40,018 nt of DNA, taken from positions 1 through 40,018 of the forward strand of contig CAYVQA010000004.1 in NCBI GenBank assembly GCA_964453965.1, written 5' to 3'. The notes beneath the pieces are model-generated. The model did no database searches, had not been told where the DNA came from, and was given only the letters and a program-made list of their open reading frames with translations. Source of the DNA: an uncultured Staphylococcaceae bacterium (GTDB lineage: Bacteria > Bacillota_I > Bacilli_A > ML615J-28 > CAG-313). Shown here piece after piece: positions 10,701 through 18,293 of this stretch (positions within the stretch are counted from its first letter, which is position 1; every line of letters starts with the position of its first letter). A program made the translations under genes and the position numbers.

Positions 10701-13700
10701 GTGCTCATGCTGGTGGTATTGTCGGTTCATATACAACCGCATCATTATCAATTTATAATTCTGCTTTAATTGAATCAGTTGTTTCATCAAACTGTTCAAG
10801 TAATATCATCAATAACAATACAGATAATACTAATACCAAAAGCATTTCGGCAGCAGTTTTTGCAAGTACTAATACGACGAATAGTATTGTTGAAAATTTT
10901 TACACAAATTCAATTATTACCGCAAGCGATAGCACAGAAACTAAAACTTACACAAAAGAATATATTTATGGAAATATTAATAAATTAGATAATAGTTATT
11001 ATGTAAAAAACATCAATAGTTTTATAGATGCTACAGGTAACGAACTAGATTTTAGCGATAAAGAATTTACAACTGTTAATGAAACGAAAACTGTATCAGA
11101 ATTATTTGGCTTTGATAGTACAAATAGTTCATCAGGAAGTATTAAACTATTTATCCAAACAACCACAGAAAATGAAAAAGATAATTTTACTTCAAATTGG
11201 AAAAGTAATGATACATCAGAAATAGAATTAACGGTTTTAAAAGAAAATTCAACAACAGAAATAGAAATATGGATAAACATAAAAGAAAATGGAAGTAGCC
11301 AAAATTCAAGTCAATATAGTAATCAAGATGAAATAGTTAATGATGGATGGTTTAAATTAGGTAAAAGTCATCTTATTTGTGGAAAAAATTCTGATGATTT
11401 TAAATTTACAGATAATTCTTTTGAACAATCATATCTTGTAGATGATGAAGAATACTATTATAATAATATTGTTGATAATAAATATCAATTTATAACTAAA
11501 ACAGAACAAATCAAGTATTTATATGATATCGGATATGTTGAAAAAGATAAAACTACAATCGAATACGAAGTTAATGGAAACAAAACAATCTTTAATTGTA
11601 ATGAAACTGATATAAATTTGAAATCAACAATTCAGACAATTAAAATAAAATTTTCGGTAATTAATATAGATTTAATAAGTAACAAACTTCCGCCGAGTCA
11701 TTATTTAAAATGGTACAGCATCATAGATAATAAAACTGAAGAAGTAACATTAGATGAAAATTCTTTATCAGGCTATGGCAGTTATATATATACATCTGAA
11801 ATTTATGAATATGATACGCAAAACAATTATTTAATGATTAATTATGAGTTGCAATTTACTCCAAACAAGGAATTAGTTGATGATGCAATCTTATATGCAA
11901 TACTTTATACTGGCGGAACAACAAATACAGAAATAAAATATTCTAATCAATGTTTAAAATTTAATCTTTATGCTAATAAATATGAATTAGTTGGCGGAAC
12001 TCTAGCAAGTTATACACCACCAATGAATGAATCAAGTGTTGATTTTGGCATCACAAAAGATAATCCGTATTATTTTCAATCAAATACATCGTATAAAATT
12101 ATTCCTCTTTTAAGAAGGAAAAATGAATCAGAAACAATTATTAATTCAGAATTACATATTCAAGATGTTGAATATGCATTAAATAGTGAAGATGCTGGCA
12201 CAATTAGATCTAATGGAGAGTTAACAACATCATCAAATGAAAATTCGCAAATAATTTATGAGGTAACTATAACTTTAAAAGAAGATAAAACTGAAGTTAT
12301 AACGATATATTTTATTATTGTTACAAAATATAATGTTAGTTATACAGCTGAAGGTGCTTCAGTTTCTGGTTTGCCTTTTGCGACCGACGCTAGTTCTTAT
12401 AATTTAGCAATTGATGTTTCAACTTACTGTGGTGGATTCCCAGATTCATTCATAATAGATGTTGATAATCAAAAATACAATCTCTTAGAAGAAAATGAAA
12501 ATGGCGAATTAAAATATCAATGGATTTATAATGAAGATGGATTGCAAATTACAAATTTTGATAATAACAATACTTCATATTTATTGAAAATTCCTAATAT
12601 TAATAATGAAACATCTGAACAAATTATTAACGGAAATATCAAAATAAACATTTCATTCCCAGTCAATTTTACAATTGAATTTCATCTTCAAACTGAAACA
12701 TTTAATCCTAAATTTAGTGAAACAAATGAAACAATAATGACATATAAAGTAAAATCAGGCTTGACATTTAAAGATGTGTTTACTGATAAATATAAACAAG
12801 AAATAGATGAATGGACCACTAAAGCAAATAATGAGTCGTTTGGATATTTATTTACTGGATTTTACTTAATTGATGATTCAACGTCAATTACATCATATGG
12901 AAAAAACTTTGATGAAATTTTAGAACAAGAATCATCAATAAAAATTAATACATCATATGTCTTTTATGCTAGATGGAGCTTTTTAATTGAATTAGTAGAA
13001 GCTCCAGGAACTCATATTGTAACTAGTTTTAATCAAGATTTTTTATATGAAGTAAATAAAGATGAATATAATAATTTGCTAAATAAAAATGTAACAATCC
13101 CAATCAATAATAATCGTGGCTTTGTTTTTACAATTGTTAAAGATGATAACTTTATTGGTGAAGCTGATGTTGATGCGTACATTATTACAGGAACAAAAGA
13201 AAATCAACAAATAACTGAAATTGCAATTGAAAAATATCATGAAAATATGTATTTATATTATATTGCACCTGAAGATATAAAAGGATATTTGGTAATTTCA
13301 ACAAAAATTTCAAATTCAGAAGTTATTGTTGGCGAAAATACCGCATCTGTCAATGATGAAATATTACCAGAGGATGGTATTTACACATATAAATATGTTG
13401 TTAATCATAAAAAAGGTGAATCATATATTTATAATCCTAAAAACGGCAATAACAATTTAATCAAAAATCGTGAATTATTATTAGAATTTTTTGAAGATTC
13501 GTTTGATTATAATACTAATACAACTTCAATATTACCGAGATATTTAGAAAAAGGTACTGCTGTTGAAGTTTATTACAATAAAATCATCAATAGTAATGAT
13601 TATACTTCACAAACGATCCTTGGAAAATATATTGTAACAGAAGATAATATTAATAAAATTAAACTTACTGATTTTACAAGTTATAATAGCAACGAAAAAG

Positions 13701-15244
13701 CATTTATAGAAATGACTTTTGAAGAGTTACTTCAAGACTATGAATCATTATCAGAAATCTATTATTTTGTAATAATTCCACCAAATGGATATAATAAAAA
13801 TAGTTATGATCAAAATGAACGCTTATATGGTGAATATGTTAATTATCATCTATATGTTGGATACGTTGATGAAAATGACAACTATTTATCAGGAATTCGT
13901 TCTCATAATACATTTACAAATATTCCAATTGAGGATGTTCTCTATGAAAAATTAGAATTAGAGGATGCTTGTCAAAAAACTACTTATACAATAACACCTT
14001 CAAGAACAACAATGCTTGAACGAGAAAATGATGATACAAACTCTTTATATCATTTTGTTGATGACAAGAAATTTAGCGTTTTTAATATCAATGTTTTTAA
14101 TGGAGAACTTACAGAAAACAATCGAATTAGATTCTTTGACAAATCAGAAAAAAATGATACCATTATTAAATCAAATGAAATCAAAAATGGTATCGAAAAA
14201 TTAATATTAAATTTTGGATATAACAAAGGCACGATTAAAATATCTGCTTCAAGTGATGATATATCTTATGAAACTGTTGAAATAATTACAATTACAAGCG
14301 AAATGTATATTGATTATGTAATTGCATTTAATATCTCAAAAGGATATAAATACTTTAAAATTGAAAAAACTTCAAACCAAGAAATTAGATTAGCAAAAAT
14401 TGGGTTAATGATTATTAATAGTCCAAAGCTTTATGAATTAGAGTTTGCAAATTTTGAACTAGAAGATATTTATATTCCTAATTTTAGTAATCAGAATATT
14501 GATTTGCCAATTAAAAATGGATTGACATGGAGTGTATCTTCTCAAGAAGTTTCAATTGAAAACAATGTTTTGATGATTGATAAAGTTACAACACCACAAA
14601 CAATTACATTAAAAGCAAGATATGAAACAGTTAATACTGTCATAACTAGAACTTTCAAAATAATAATTCAAAACACAATGACAACGGATCTTTTTAATGA
14701 AATTATTTTGCCAATTAAAACAACTTCAAGCATTCTTTTACCAAATGTTACCGGATTAAATTGGACAATAAATAGTGGTAGCGCTATAATAGAGAACAAT
14801 GTTTTAACTTTAACTAGCGAAAAAGATGAAATAACATTAACAGCAAGCTATAATAATATGTCCAAAACATTTAAAATAAAAATGGAAAAAAATCTTTCTA
14901 TTTATACATTAAGAGAAAATATTATTGGTGATACAAGACATGAAGGAAAAAGATTTGTTATGGCTATACAAATAAAAGATCAAACAGGAAATATTGTTAC
15001 AAATATTAATAATATCACCTTATTGATAAACGGGATCGAATATGAACCATTAATAAAAGGTGAAAATTTAAATGTACTTTATTTTGACTTATCGACAATT
15101 CTTGAAAAAGTCGGTGGTGACAATTTTGATATCAAAATTAATGGCTTAGAACAAAATTATTCAATATCAGCTGTTCAATTAATCGAATGTTCTTTAAATG
15201 CAAAACCTGCAATGGGAGAAATAAGAACATCATATACATTTTAA
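7766..15244 (+). CDS. Giant (2492 aa) secreted adhesin-like protein: GLUG-type repeat region, Ig-like/Flg_new-like domains, tandem C-terminal Ig-like repeats
   Basis: TTG start with AGGAGGTG RBS; N-terminal signal/TM; FQGIG...PFKG followed by more than 10 [YF]xGG[ILV][AVI]G-type repeats; GYLFTGFY...FYARW; two LP..GL.W...IENNVL...ITL.A.Y...TFKI units; no LPXTG, SLH or C-terminal TM. Confidence 0.75.
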   Translation: MNIGKKLYKWASLIIISVSVFIIVLFFVLLKKTMQINASDQQYTITINKVSTVSIYITGSGVKLVSDDISKSIYQVDENTEFTLTSVNESRLFKNWVIKTEANESTIGDGSTEKKLSLTATQNLNINLKRVDPTINDLGKYIDNSFLLSSEADLLNLDTIFNEKINNNVSNTELLAAYTNFFNSDPTFKETIIDSDSSETPLTEQEKINFINNNNYFERIQNGYYKVEESFTVLKNTFQGIGSKDYPFKGVICGLNNSNSSNAQIFLSINATENSEDLYLGLFKYLDQNAVIRNLIIKNSIGVSMSKTNTNQNVYAGGLAAYIDNSLLLNLNISSTLNIETTNMNIYAGGIAGIMKGGIDDISNVDLVFNNNTWVLTSGIGSNIYGGLVSGYAEDLYINKINIDVSGFSINAKNISENSQEYSQSTNTYLGNLFGYYKNNEIRKIENINIYGDNKEYIHADISSGNNYVGGLIGYLETNKELILGKVEFNLDTQKTTEIIAESFNEDSKANLFVAGLVAYVKGDTFTTNDSFKNGIIDTIVDGKKIESYQYLFNMPLEIIAKQQGIQANSETYGSTIAAGLVAEGYLNINGSDEKRSNILITSGKYPLTINAIQTSMSNHENTVSTDYVSSGNLVNNNRHCLSSLVFGYISPANDTTNFTYQNINIYGNNLTIESSRDIGSRSLGDVNAAGFICYAKGRNFKNIAMYLGEQTAINANSLSYEVGYAGSSNAKYQSNNNNYVSSFISHLIGISTTDGTTEINNIKITGYDFNKQIEVGSSVNIQGIQNTKAINNGSGCANYTNENNVGGVFGCTRGELNINNITLEGNETNKTQIVMQGHRDPNSAFVGGIIGFSKLLNDTSLTKTSQTITNTFVKNVNIYGNATIDKNANYGNPDIYSGGIVGACYADSNGGTISIDNAKIINSEINGNGNERIEVYTGGILGTITWSGAAIIKNAAVYKTKITSSVDASSQISFQRGCAHAGGIVGSYTTASLSIYNSALIESVVSSNCSSNIINNNTDNTNTKSISAAVFASTNTTNSIVENFYTNSIITASDSTETKTYTKEYIYGNINKLDNSYYVKNINSFIDATGNELDFSDKEFTTVNETKTVSELFGFDSTNSSSGSIKLFIQTTTENEKDNFTSNWKSNDTSEIELTVLKENSTTEIEIWINIKENGSSQNSSQYSNQDEIVNDGWFKLGKSHLICGKNSDDFKFTDNSFEQSYLVDDEEYYYNNIVDNKYQFITKTEQIKYLYDIGYVEKDKTTIEYEVNGNKTIFNCNETDINLKSTIQTIKIKFSVINIDLISNKLPPSHYLKWYSIIDNKTEEVTLDENSLSGYGSYIYTSEIYEYDTQNNYLMINYELQFTPNKELVDDAILYAILYTGGTTNTEIKYSNQCLKFNLYANKYELVGGTLASYTPPMNESSVDFGITKDNPYYFQSNTSYKIIPLLRRKNESETIINSELHIQDVEYALNSEDAGTIRSNGELTTSSNENSQIIYEVTITLKEDKTEVITIYFIIVTKYNVSYTAEGASVSGLPFATDASSYNLAIDVSTYCGGFPDSFIIDVDNQKYNLLEENENGELKYQWIYNEDGLQITNFDNNNTSYLLKIPNINNETSEQIINGNIKINISFPVNFTIEFHLQTETFNPKFSETNETIMTYKVKSGLTFKDVFTDKYKQEIDEWTTKANNESFGYLFTGFYLIDDSTSITSYGKNFDEILEQESSIKINTSYVFYARWSFLIELVEAPGTHIVTSFNQDFLYEVNKDEYNNLLNKNVTIPINNNRGFVFTIVKDDNFIGEADVDAYIITGTKENQQITEIAIEKYHENMYLYYIAPEDIKGYLVISTKISNSEVIVGENTASVNDEILPEDGIYTYKYVVNHKKGESYIYNPKNGNNNLIKNRELLLEFFEDSFDYNTNTTSILPRYLEKGTAVEVYYNKIINSNDYTSQTILGKYIVTEDNINKIKLTDFTSYNSNEKAFIEMTFEELLQDYESLSEIYYFVIIPPNGYNKNSYDQNERLYGEYVNYHLYVGYVDENDNYLSGIRSHNTFTNIPIEDVLYEKLELEDACQKTTYTITPSRTTMLERENDDTNSLYHFVDDKKFSVFNINVFNGELTENNRIRFFDKSEKNDTIIKSNEIKNGIEKLILNFGYNKGTIKISASSDDISYETVEIITITSEMYIDYVIAFNISKGYKYFKIEKTSNQEIRLAKIGLMIINSPKLYELEFANFELEDIYIPNFSNQNIDLPIKNGLTWSVSSQEVSIENNVLMIDKVTTPQTITLKARYETVNTVITRTFKIIIQNTMTTDLFNEIILPIKTTSSILLPNVTGLNWTINSGSAIIENNVLTLTSEKDEITLTASYNNMSKTFKIKMEKNLSIYTLRENIIGDTRHEGKRFVMAIQIKDQTGNIVTNINNITLLINGIEYEPLIKGENLNVLYFDLSTILEKVGGDNFDIKINGLEQNYSISAVQLIECSLNAKPAMGEIRTSYTF
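14498..14887 (+). repeat. Two degenerate Ig-like protein repeats within the giant protein
   Basis: LPIKNGLTWSVSSQEVSIENNVL...ITLKARY...RTFKI and LPNVTGLNWTINSGSAIIENNVL...ITLTASY...KTFKI. Confidence 0.65.
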
Positions 15245-15257
15245 TAATTAACAAATA

Positions 15258-15352
15258 AACATTTTTTTGTGAATCGAGCAAACAAAATTAATAAATCGTC
15301 TATTATACATAAAATAAAGACAAATTTGTTGAAAAATGCACAAAAAAATGTT
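15258..15352. repeat. Perfect 14-bp inverted repeat (67-bp spacer) overlapping the internal promoter
   Basis: AACATTTTTTTGTG at 15258-15271 and CACAAAAAAATGTT at 15339-15352. Confidence 0.7.
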
Positions 15353-15357
15353 ATACT
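15329..15357 (+). promoter_or_regulatory. SigA promoter for sipW2-major subunit operon
   Basis: TTGAAA-N17-TATACT with TG extension; 5' UTR hairpin GAGTCTAAA-aaaa-TTTAGATTC at 15370-15391. Confidence 0.7.
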
Positions 15358-15411
15358 AATATCTAGTAGGAGTCTAAAAAAATTTAGATTCAAAATATGG
15401 GAGCGTTTCAA

Positions 15412-16257
15412 ATGAGCGAACTAGATAATAATTTAAAGAATAAAAAAACAAAATCAGAAAAAATATTAAATGTTATTGGTATAGTGCTTCTATGTATTAT
15501 GGGCCCGATTTTACTAATTGATATAGTTTATTTAGCAAAAACTGTTATCAACCCAGATGAAGTACCATCAATGTTTGGTTCAGTTCCACTTGTCAATATG
15601 TCTGATTCTATGGAATTAGCCAATAATAATCTTGAACAACGTCAAAATGAAGCAAGAATAGCTTTAAATGATGAAAATTTTATTTGGTCGAATGCAAAAG
15701 CAATTAATAAACACGATTTGATTTTTGTAAAAGAAACAAATATCAATGAATATTTAAAAACAAAAAACGAAGCTGACCAAGAAGAAGTAAATAAAAAATT
15801 AGTTGGAAAAGTAATTGCATTTAAATATCCGAACAAAGAAACTGGAGGATGGGCTGTTGTAATTCATAAAATTGCAAAAGTAGAACGAGCGTCAAAATAT
15901 GAAACAACAAATGAATCAGGATGGGTGCTTAGAACATATGGTATACATAACCCATCAGTTGATAATTTTACAACTGATCCAAATTTGATAGTTGGAGAAT
16001 ATCATGGAACAAGAATTGCCGGTGTAGGCGCATTTGTTGATTTTTTACAACATTGGTATGGAATATTAATTTTTATTGGTGTACCTATTGGAGCCATAAT
16101 TATTTATGATGTTGTTGTTGCAAAAAAACAAATAAGACAAGATGCTTTAAAGAAAACATCGGAATTAGAAGCAGAACTAGAAAAATTAAAAGCAGAAAAA
16201 GCTGCTCTTGAAGAAGAATTAAAAGAATCGGATAATAATTCAAACGAAATGAATTAA
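15412..16257 (+). CDS. sipW: Signal peptidase I, SipW-type (S26B), copy 2, with insertions and C-terminal coiled coil
   Basis: TM, PDEVPSMFG...MSDSM (Ser), HDLIFVK, GKVIAF, VIHKI (His), TYGIHNPSVD, IVGEY...RIAGVGAFVDFLQ, TM, ELEAELEKLKAEK. ATG 15412 preferred (RBS GGGAG). Confidence 0.8.
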   Translation: MSELDNNLKNKKTKSEKILNVIGIVLLCIMGPILLIDIVYLAKTVINPDEVPSMFGSVPLVNMSDSMELANNNLEQRQNEARIALNDENFIWSNAKAINKHDLIFVKETNINEYLKTKNEADQEEVNKKLVGKVIAFKYPNKETGGWAVVIHKIAKVERASKYETTNESGWVLRTYGIHNPSVDNFTTDPNLIVGEYHGTRIAGVGAFVDFLQHWYGILIFIGVPIGAIIIYDVVVAKKQIRQDALKKTSELEAELEKLKAEKAALEEELKESDNNSNEMN

Positions 16258-16282
16258 ATTTTTATAAATAAGGAGACAAAAA

Positions 16283-16924
16283 ATGAAAAAAAATTTAACT
16301 TTTAAATTAGGTTTATTTTGTGTAGCATTAGTATTGGTTTCAACATGCTTTATCACTAATGCATGGGCAAGATATACAAGTACTGTTACTGCAACTGACA
16401 CAGCAAGAGTTGCAAAATTTGATGTTACTTTTAAAAATGGTACAACAAAAATTGAAAACAATGCACAAATAAATATTTTTGATACATCATTAAAAAATAT
16501 TAAACAAGATGAAAATGAGAAAAATGTTAATACAGAAAAACTTGTTGCACCTGGATCAAATGGTAGTTTTCAAATTGTTGTAACAAATAAGTCAGAAGTA
16601 TCTGTTAAAATTACAATTGGCGGAGAACTTGTTGATGCAAGTGGTAATAAACTTAGCGGAGATGCTACACCAATAAAATTCTGTGTTAAAGCTGATGGAA
16701 GTTCTCTAAGTGATAGTGATACTTTTACAGATTTGAACCAAATAGGAAGTTTTGATATTGATGTAAATAATACTGACAATACGGATAAAACATATACTGT
16801 ATATTGGAAATGGGTAACTACCGATGATGCAAGTGACACAAAATTTGGTACTGCAGAAAATCTTTTAAAATTAACTGCCAAAATTACTTTAACTGCTGAA
16901 CAAATATTACCAACAGAAAATTAA
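16283..16924 (+). CDS. Probable major TasA-like fibre subunit (SipW-dependent signal peptide)
   Basis: AWA|RYTSTVTATDTARVAKFDV; LVAPGSNGSFQIVVTNKSEV; YTVYWKW...DTKFG; terminal ITLTAEQ; strong RBS AAGGAG; strong hairpin follows. Confidence 0.75.
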   Translation: MKKNLTFKLGLFCVALVLVSTCFITNAWARYTSTVTATDTARVAKFDVTFKNGTTKIENNAQINIFDTSLKNIKQDENEKNVNTEKLVAPGSNGSFQIVVTNKSEVSVKITIGGELVDASGNKLSGDATPIKFCVKADGSSLSDSDTFTDLNQIGSFDIDVNNTDNTDKTYTVYWKWVTTDDASDTKFGTAENLLKLTAKITLTAEQILPTEN

Positions 16925-16937
16925 AATGATATTCAAT

Positions 16938-16969
16938 AGAGAGGGATAATAAATGGTCCCTCTCTTTAT
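16938..16969 (+). terminator. GC-rich hairpin/terminator after major subunit
   Basis: AGAGAGGGAT-aataaatg-GTCCCTCTCT followed by a short TTAT tail. Confidence 0.7.
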
Positions 16970-17008
16970 CAAAAAAATTAAAATTAGTTGAATTTTTTGA
17001 TAAAGAGA
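16961..17008. repeat. Second, overlapping 16-bp inverted repeat
   Basis: TCTCTTTATCAAAAAA (16961-16976) and TTTTTTGATAAAGAGA (16993-17008). Confidence 0.7.
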
Positions 17009-17032
17009 AATAAAAATTAAGGAGTTTTGCCT

Positions 17033-18145
17033 ATGAAAGATTATGATAAAAATGACAATCAAATTTTTTCATATGATGAAAATGGATATTATGTTTGTGA
17101 TGAAAAAAAAGCAATCATTATTCCAATGAATTTTGTTAATAAATTACATCAATCAAGAATTAGTACAAAAAAATATTATAGCATCCTTAAAAATGAATTA
17201 CTTAGTTATAATTTGTATTCAGAATTCCAAGATAATTATGAATCATTTAAATTGCTAAATTCAATAGTTGCTCATTTGGCAATTTATAGAGGAATAATTA
17301 AAATTCGACTTGAATTTAATAAAAAGAAAACAATTAAAAAATTTAAAGATGATATAAAAAAACTAGATGAAGTTTTAGTATCTAATGGCTATATTGAAAT
17401 GTACGTCGATAATGATGAAAAACTTAATTTAGCTATTAATCTAATTGGCGTTTTAATGCGCGATTTAGAAACTGAAAAAAATCAAACATATAATAATTAT
17501 GATTTTGTAAGCGATTATGAGACTATTTTAGATGGTACATTTATTGATAAAGAAGATGAAATAAGGATTCCAGAATTAGTTGTTAAAAGTAGTATCAATA
17601 TTCTTAATAATCTTAAAATGTTTTTGATAATTTTAGTAGGACTAATTTTTTTAACAGGAATTACTACATGCTATATTTATAAAGCAAACACAAAAGAAAA
17701 ATATCCAACTTTTGATATTTTAGATAATGAAGGCAATATATTTTTAGATTCTTGGACTTTTTCAAAAAATATTGATGTTTTTAATGATCCTAATTTAGAT
17801 GGTAAAAAAATAATTTATCCAGGCCGTAAAGAAACTTATTATTTTTATATTGCAAATACAAATGATTTCTCATTTAAATGTAATATAAATTTTACTGATG
17901 ATAATGAAGAAAATATCAATATGAAATATCGCTTCCGAATTGCAAATGCTAATTTTGGCAATGAAGTATGGAAAAATATTAAAGAAATAAATGTTAACAA
18001 TTTAACAGTTGAGGCTAATTCGAAAATATTATGTGCATTAGATTGGGCATGGCTTGAGTCAGATAGAGATACAGAAATTGGCAAAAAAGGATCTGCATCA
18101 TATACACTTAATATTCATTTTAGTGATTTTATAAAAGTAAAATAA
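17033..18145 (+). CDS. Single-pass membrane protein: cytoplasmic N-domain plus extracellular TasA-like domain
   Basis: Central TM MFLIILVGLIFLTGITTCYIY; C-domain KIIYPGRKETYYFYIAN...LDWAW...DTEIG...YTLNI mirrors the 16283 subunit; ATG 17033 preferred (RBS AAGGAG). Confidence 0.65.
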   Translation: MKDYDKNDNQIFSYDENGYYVCDEKKAIIIPMNFVNKLHQSRISTKKYYSILKNELLSYNLYSEFQDNYESFKLLNSIVAHLAIYRGIIKIRLEFNKKKTIKKFKDDIKKLDEVLVSNGYIEMYVDNDEKLNLAINLIGVLMRDLETEKNQTYNNYDFVSDYETILDGTFIDKEDEIRIPELVVKSSINILNNLKMFLIILVGLIFLTGITTCYIYKANTKEKYPTFDILDNEGNIFLDSWTFSKNIDVFNDPNLDGKKIIYPGRKETYYFYIANTNDFSFKCNINFTDDNEENINMKYRFRIANANFGNEVWKNIKEINVNNLTVEANSKILCALDWAWLESDRDTEIGKKGSASYTLNIHFSDFIKVK

Positions 18146-18194
18146 TGGTTGATTTTAAAAATCTGGTTGATTTTGAAGAAGTCGACCATTTTTT
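18144..18194 (+). terminator. Intrinsic terminator closing the fibre locus
   Basis: TGGTTGATTT (two copies, 18146 and 18164) can pair, with GU pairs, with AAGTCGACCA, followed by T6. Confidence 0.55.
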
Positions 18195-18234
18195 AATTAA
18201 TAATTTTTTTGAAAATTTTCGCAAATAATCATGC

Positions 18235-18263
18235 TTGCAAAATAAGTGAAAATATGGTATAAT
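18235..18263 (+). promoter_or_regulatory. SigA promoter of pgsA-recA operon
   Basis: TTGCAA-N17-TATAAT with TG extension. Confidence 0.8.
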
Positions 18264-18293
18264 ACGCATATATAATGAAATAGAAAGTGATAT

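Noticed and set aside
15245-15411. c-di-GMP or other riboswitch ahead of the fibre genes
   Set aside because: Predicted leaders (here and at 4002-4054) are only about 50 nt and lack recognisable aptamer motifs
3900-18200. Fibre locus as a mobile genomic island
   Set aside because: No integrase, transposase, tRNA or flanking att-like direct repeats seen; horizontal origin cannot be shown from this window
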